Source: Octopus sinensis
Taxonomy: Eukaryota
Reading direction: 5' to 3'
Assembly: GCF_006345805.1 (NCBI RefSeq)
Contig: NW_021835613.1
Location: 1 to 26,239 of the forward strand
DNA: 26,239 nucleotides
Below are positions 21,382 through 26,239 of this stretch, piece after piece. Both the position numbers and the translations under genes were made by a program. The notes under the pieces were generated by a model. That model was not told the origin of the DNA, made no database searches, and saw nothing but the letters and a program-made list of their open reading frames with translations. Numbering within the stretch: position 1 is the stretch's first letter; every line of letters begins with the position of its first letter.

Positions 21382-22047
21382 TATAAGAAATTAACAAGAT
21401 TAAAAATCAAATCTCTAAGATTATAAGTATAATGATCATTAACGTTGATTAAATATTAAATTTAGTATTAAACTGTGAACATGTTTACATTTAAACAAAG
21501 CGTTGGTGTTGACATAAAATATGAAGATAGGAATAAAATATGAGTTCCCTGTGTGACTTGATCTCACAAATCCTTATTTGTAACTATATATAACATTGTT
21601 TGAACAACATTTACCATCCATATAGTCATTCTTTTTCTCACTCTTGTTAGATTTTAGATGATATTAATGCTAAAAGAGGCACAGTTTTCTGAGTATTTCA
21701 CCTCTGGTTTTAGTTCTGACTTGATTGTTGCATTCAAATTTGACTACTGCCATAGCTGTTGTCATCCTTTGTCAGGTTCAATTTTTTATTTCCTTCAATT
21801 TGGATCTCCTGGCACTTCTTTATCCACATTTTTTTAATCCTCCATACTCCTCCCATATGTGTACCATCTCGTCTCTTGTGCGCTATCTCTGAATCTTCTA
21901 AACCCTAGTTTTGCTTCCAGCTCATCTCTGCTCCGGGACTTCAGCACATTAATATTACACTTCTTCTGAAGTATGCCCACTTCATTTTTTAACAGTTTTC
22001 ATACATCCTCTATACTCTGGGAAACATTCCACTTTACAAATACAAAC

Positions 22048-23043
22048 CAGGGTTCACCAACGATCAGTCCTCAGCCCCCTCCTATTCATTATAGTCCTCC
22101 AGACAATAAAAGAGGAATTCAAGACACTCTTCCCCTGGGAGCCTCTTTATGCTGATGACCTTGCTCTTATAGACAAGTCACTGCCAGAACTGGAGACAAA
22201 GTTTAGCGTGTGGTTGCAAAGTCTAGAATCGAAGGGCCTTAGGGTTAACCTAGTCAAAACCAAAGTCCTTGTTAGTAGGAAGGCTGTTAAATCACAACCC
22301 CTTTCAGATAGATGGCCCTGCTTTATCTGTAGAAATGGAGAGGGTAGAAACATAACACGATGTACCCGGAGGAAGCTATAGACACATAAAAGGTGCAGCA
22401 ATATCAAAGGAAGTTAACCGGGAAAATAGTTTTTTTGTGTGGCAGCTACTCTAGGGCAATAAACACTGAAAATGTACAGAAAACAGATTCCATCACATTC
22501 CAGGGGAAGAAACTAGAAGTAGTTAATAGCTTCTGCTACCTAGGGGATCAAGTCTGTAGTGAGTGTGATTGCTCTGCGTGTGTAGAGACTAGAGTAAGAA
22601 TAGCCTGGGCAAAGTTCAGGGAGCTCCAACCTCTGCTGGCAACTAAAGGTCTATCACTCAGGGTGAAAGGTAGACTGCATGATACATGTGTGCGAACAGC
22701 CATGTTACAGGGCAGTGAAACATGGGCCATGGATGCTGAGAACATGCGTAGGCTTGAAAGAAATGAAGCTAGTATGATCCGCAGGATGTGTAATGTCAGT
22801 GTGTAATCACGACAAAGTTGGGCATAAGAAGCATCAAATGTAGTGTGCAAGTGAGGCGACTGTGCTGGTATGGTCATGTGTTACGTATGAATGAAGACAG
22901 CTGTGTGATGAAGTGCCTCTAGACGAGGTAGACCCAGGAAGACATGGGATGAGGTGATGAAGTATGACCTTCAAACATTGGCCTCACAATGGCAATAGCA
23001 GGACACCGGGATCTTGGGAGATACGCTGTGATTGAGAAAACCC
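22048..23043 (+). mobile_element. RTE-clade LINE fragment, plus strand
   Basis: VHQRSVLSPLLFIIVL..PLYADDLAL (YADD 22148-59), YLGDQV, GSETWAM..RRLERNE..MCNVSV; same family as the minus copies. Confidence 0.92.
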
Positions 23044-23209
23044 CCTAGTGAATTCACCCGCACACTCTTGGTGTGTATGCGCAATAGTCCTCGAAATCCA
23101 AAATATTGACACCCATCAATACAGAAATGTATGGTAAGCATTTTGCATTCACTTTTACTCCGTAATTTGGCGACATTGAATTTCAATTTCGAAGAGGCAC
23201 CAATGCGCA

Positions 23210-24780
23210 TTCGTTAACCTTTGTGCCAGTAATTTGGTCACGGAAATAATTTACTGAAACCTTTGATTTAAGTGATCATATGGTGCGGAAATCACAGCAA
23301 CTGAGCAAAGAAGAGGCTATTTTGGTTCATCCTGACCCAAGGAAAGGTACGTCCCGGGACGTCAGAATCGGAGGAATATTTACGTGTTTGTCCAGCTAAA
23401 AAGGAAATTGTTACTGTAATTGAGAACGGATTACAAGTCCACCGACTAAAATAGCCATTGCTTGTGAATCTTCAGAAGTTTTGAGTGGAATACAAGGAAA
23501 ACGCTGAATATAAGGTAGAATTTTTAAAGTTTTATGAATTGCAACTGAAATGAACGGATAATACAATTGTATGAGTCGGAGGAATATTCGCTTCTTTGTG
23601 ACTTGCAACCAAAATGCTGTGTGATCCAGTTACTACCTCAGACATGCATTCAGTATGTGTCTATGAGAATCACCAACATGCAAAACGTATCGCCGCTGCC
23701 ATTCCTGGTAGTCACGACTACACAGACTTGCTTGGCAAAATGGTCTCTTCCGTGAGCAATCGAGATTGTATGTTGCTCCTATGTGAGTCCTGTCCTTTTG
23801 AATAACGTTTATTAGACGTATTTTAATCACTTGGAGGTTTAGTAACGCACAAACAGTTGGCACATGTGTACTGGTTAGCTCCTTTATGACTAACTTCCCC
23901 CCCAGTGAATGCCTTCATTCAAACCGCTGAAAGTGTGTTTGAATCTCTACAACAACTTCATTTCATAGCAGAGGCCCGATCTTATTTCCTTAATCATCAA
24001 AAAGATGACCTGACATCAAGTGAAGCAATAGTATTATTGGACTTCACAGAATAAAATTATAGCTTTGTAGTACAGGACGCCCTGCAAGGGTTTCATCAGA
24101 ACAAATCCGAGGCAAATATTCATCCATTCGCGATCTACTATAAGACTGGTTCAAACCCACAATGCACTTCAATCTGTGTCATATCTGATTGTTTGAAACA
24201 TGACAACACCACAGTGCATGCTTTTATTACGAGGGTGATATCGCATATAAAGACAGAACTTCCATTCATAAACCATCTCCTGTACTTCAGTGACGGTGCA
24301 GCCGACCAATACAAGAACTAGAGACACCAAACAAATCTCTGTCATCATCAGAATGATCAAGGACTTGCAGCAGAGTGGCATTTTTCTCCATGTCATGTGG
24401 AAAAAAGTCAACAAGTAGCCACAGAAAGACATTTTCGCACGGATTCCAAGGTGTATAGCTGAGTATGTGCAAGCATTCCAGGAATAATGTTCTTTTACGT
24501 CTGAAACGAAAACAGTAGAACAGTGAAATTAATTGGCACAAGATCCCATCACTGCTTCATTCTTTCTTCAAGATCTGATCTTCTAATGAAAAGAATATCA
24601 GCCGATGACAATTTCACTCTTTTAGGTGAGGAGCAGCCAGCATCTGATTAATATATTTCAAAGTTAAGGTCCTGAAAAATTTGTTACACGATTTAAAATT
24701 TTTTAACAAGGAGATCAAGTGAGCGGGTTAAACTACGTGAAGTGTCTGGCCCTGATGTTTTTATGGTAAGATCATTGATG
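23210..24780 (+). mobile_element. Decayed DDD DNA transposase remnant, Sola2-like
   Basis: HSVCVYENHQ..DCMLLLCESCP, LLDFTE*NYSFVVQD (D at 24040), ISDCLKHD, YFSDGAADQYKN (24283-318) and AEWHF. Multiple stops. The superfamily assignment is from recalled motifs and the ends are approximate. Confidence 0.65.
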
Positions 24781-26239
24781 ACCCAACTGGTTGCCATCGG
24801 AATTAGCAAAGATGAGAATAATGTTGGATAGAGAAGGCAGAAGTGAGGGCACAATTTCACGTCATATGTTTAGTGCAGATATAAAAAAGGAAAGACAAAC
24901 CTAATAAAAGATTGGTGTTATCAAGTGTTAATTAAATGAAATAATGACACAGTTGTTAGATTATGTAGAATGTCTCAAGAGATAAAAGAAATTTTGGAAG
25001 GCAGTGTAAATATTAAACTATTACATGGTAATCCTGTTGAAACTATAAACATTCTAACCAAAACCTTTGTCTTCAACAGTTGATTATCTATGAAAGGAAT
25101 CTCTGATAATAAAATATAGATTATTGAAAAAGATAGAGAAATTTTTCTATAACGTTTGAAACTTGGAAATATTCATTTCAGTGAATCGAACATTTGAAGT
25201 CAAGGAAACACATACACTGGAAGAACCTGTTGGTGAGTATAAAATAACAGCACTTGATTGATTCCTCTAAGGTTTATCTTCTGCTTATTTTGATATCAGA
25301 ATGATAAAGATCAGCTTCCATTCTTACCTTTCAATGGGAAGTTTTAGCAGTAAACTAATCATATTAAACATATCGATACTATTGACATTTCATAAAGTAT
25401 CCAATCAGGTTAGCACGGTTGGTGAAATGGATAAATTAGAAGTAAAATAGATTTCAGGATTTTCTTTTTGGAGCAGCCAAATAATATATGTTGTGGTTTA
25501 ACAGGTGAGGTAATGACAAAGTTTTGTTTGTTTTATATTTTTTAAATGTTTACTGACAAGTTATTGTTGTTATTTTAGCTCATGTCTTTCATAATCTGAC
25601 AGACTCACAATGAAATGCGTTTCCGAATATGAACATGAACACCTGTCGTTTTTCACCAGATAATAAATCTATCATTGCATCCAGTAAACATTGTCTTTAT
25701 TCAAGTGGAAGACGTTGGTTTGCTGCTCAGAAAACCGTTGTCTCTTTCCCTTTCTTCAAACTTCATAGAGGCTGTATGATACAATACAATCAAATACATT
25801 CAAAGAGACATCGGACGGGTTGAAAGGAGAACGGATAGTGAACACCTTAGATAAAAGCTCCTTAAGAACCCTTCTTACGATACTATGATTGTTTTTGCCG
25901 ATGCTAAGAGGGGGAAATTATAAGGCACTAAAGATGAAGAGAACACGAATATACGGGACATATACAATGACCCCAAACGAAGTCAACATTACCTGCTCAT
26001 GTTTGGATTGAAATGTCCAATGAAACCAGTAATCAAATATTTCAGCTTTGCGATTTCAGCAAGAAACAAGTATAAAGCTTAGTGAAGAAGGCAAGAACGG
26101 AGATTGCAACGGGAGGTGATTGTGTACCATAGAACATGTACAAATGTTGTGCCCTGGTGTTATAAGCATTAATTACTATTTCGGGAGTTGTGGGATAAAG
26201 GTGAACTGATTGATGAATGGTGCAAGACAAAGGATTTTA

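Noticed and set aside
21651-21692. Terminal exon candidates (DFR* or DDINAKRGTVF*)
   Set aside because: Plausible acceptors, but too short to support from sequence alone; not listed as a feature.
24080-24100. Minus-strand CTGATGA in the transposase remnant (also in the RT ADD codons at 9598 and 22152)
   Set aside because: Coding-sequence coincidences without the rest of the fold.
24800-26239. Short ORFs at the window end
   Set aside because: No domain motif, no coherent splice structure and no repeat signature I can support.

Overview
AT-rich, microsatellite-dense eukaryotic DNA. The SINE and RTE repeat content looks like an octopod cephalopod; this is inferred from recalled repeat consensus, not from a search. 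Seven GT-AG exons on the + strand (458-612, 1303-1456, 5068-5222, 6196-6232, 11203-11412, 14809-14986, 20968-21110) join with compatible phases into an ankyrin-repeat + RING protein resembling the C-terminal half of Mind bomb-type E3 ligases. The start lies upstream of the window and the last exon was not found. Three 1-nt frameshifts interrupt the reading frame. The introns hold RTE LINE remnants, tRNA-type SINEs, a deleted mariner, a Sola2-like transposase remnant, MITEs and probable Helitrons. The main finding, absent from the ORF track, is a family of about 520-545 nt non-coding elements carrying type I hammerhead ribozyme (HHR) motifs. They occur as three diverged variants at four loci (3866-4446, 15612-16616, 16788-17340, 18362-18530), all abutting (TA)n arrays. 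They show terminal redundancy, circular permutation and head-to-head inverted duplication, as expected of Penelope-like pseudo-LTRs or retrozymes. One fully canonical ribozyme (16377-16469, +) lies sense in the host intron, directly downstream of its own 407-bp antisense copy.
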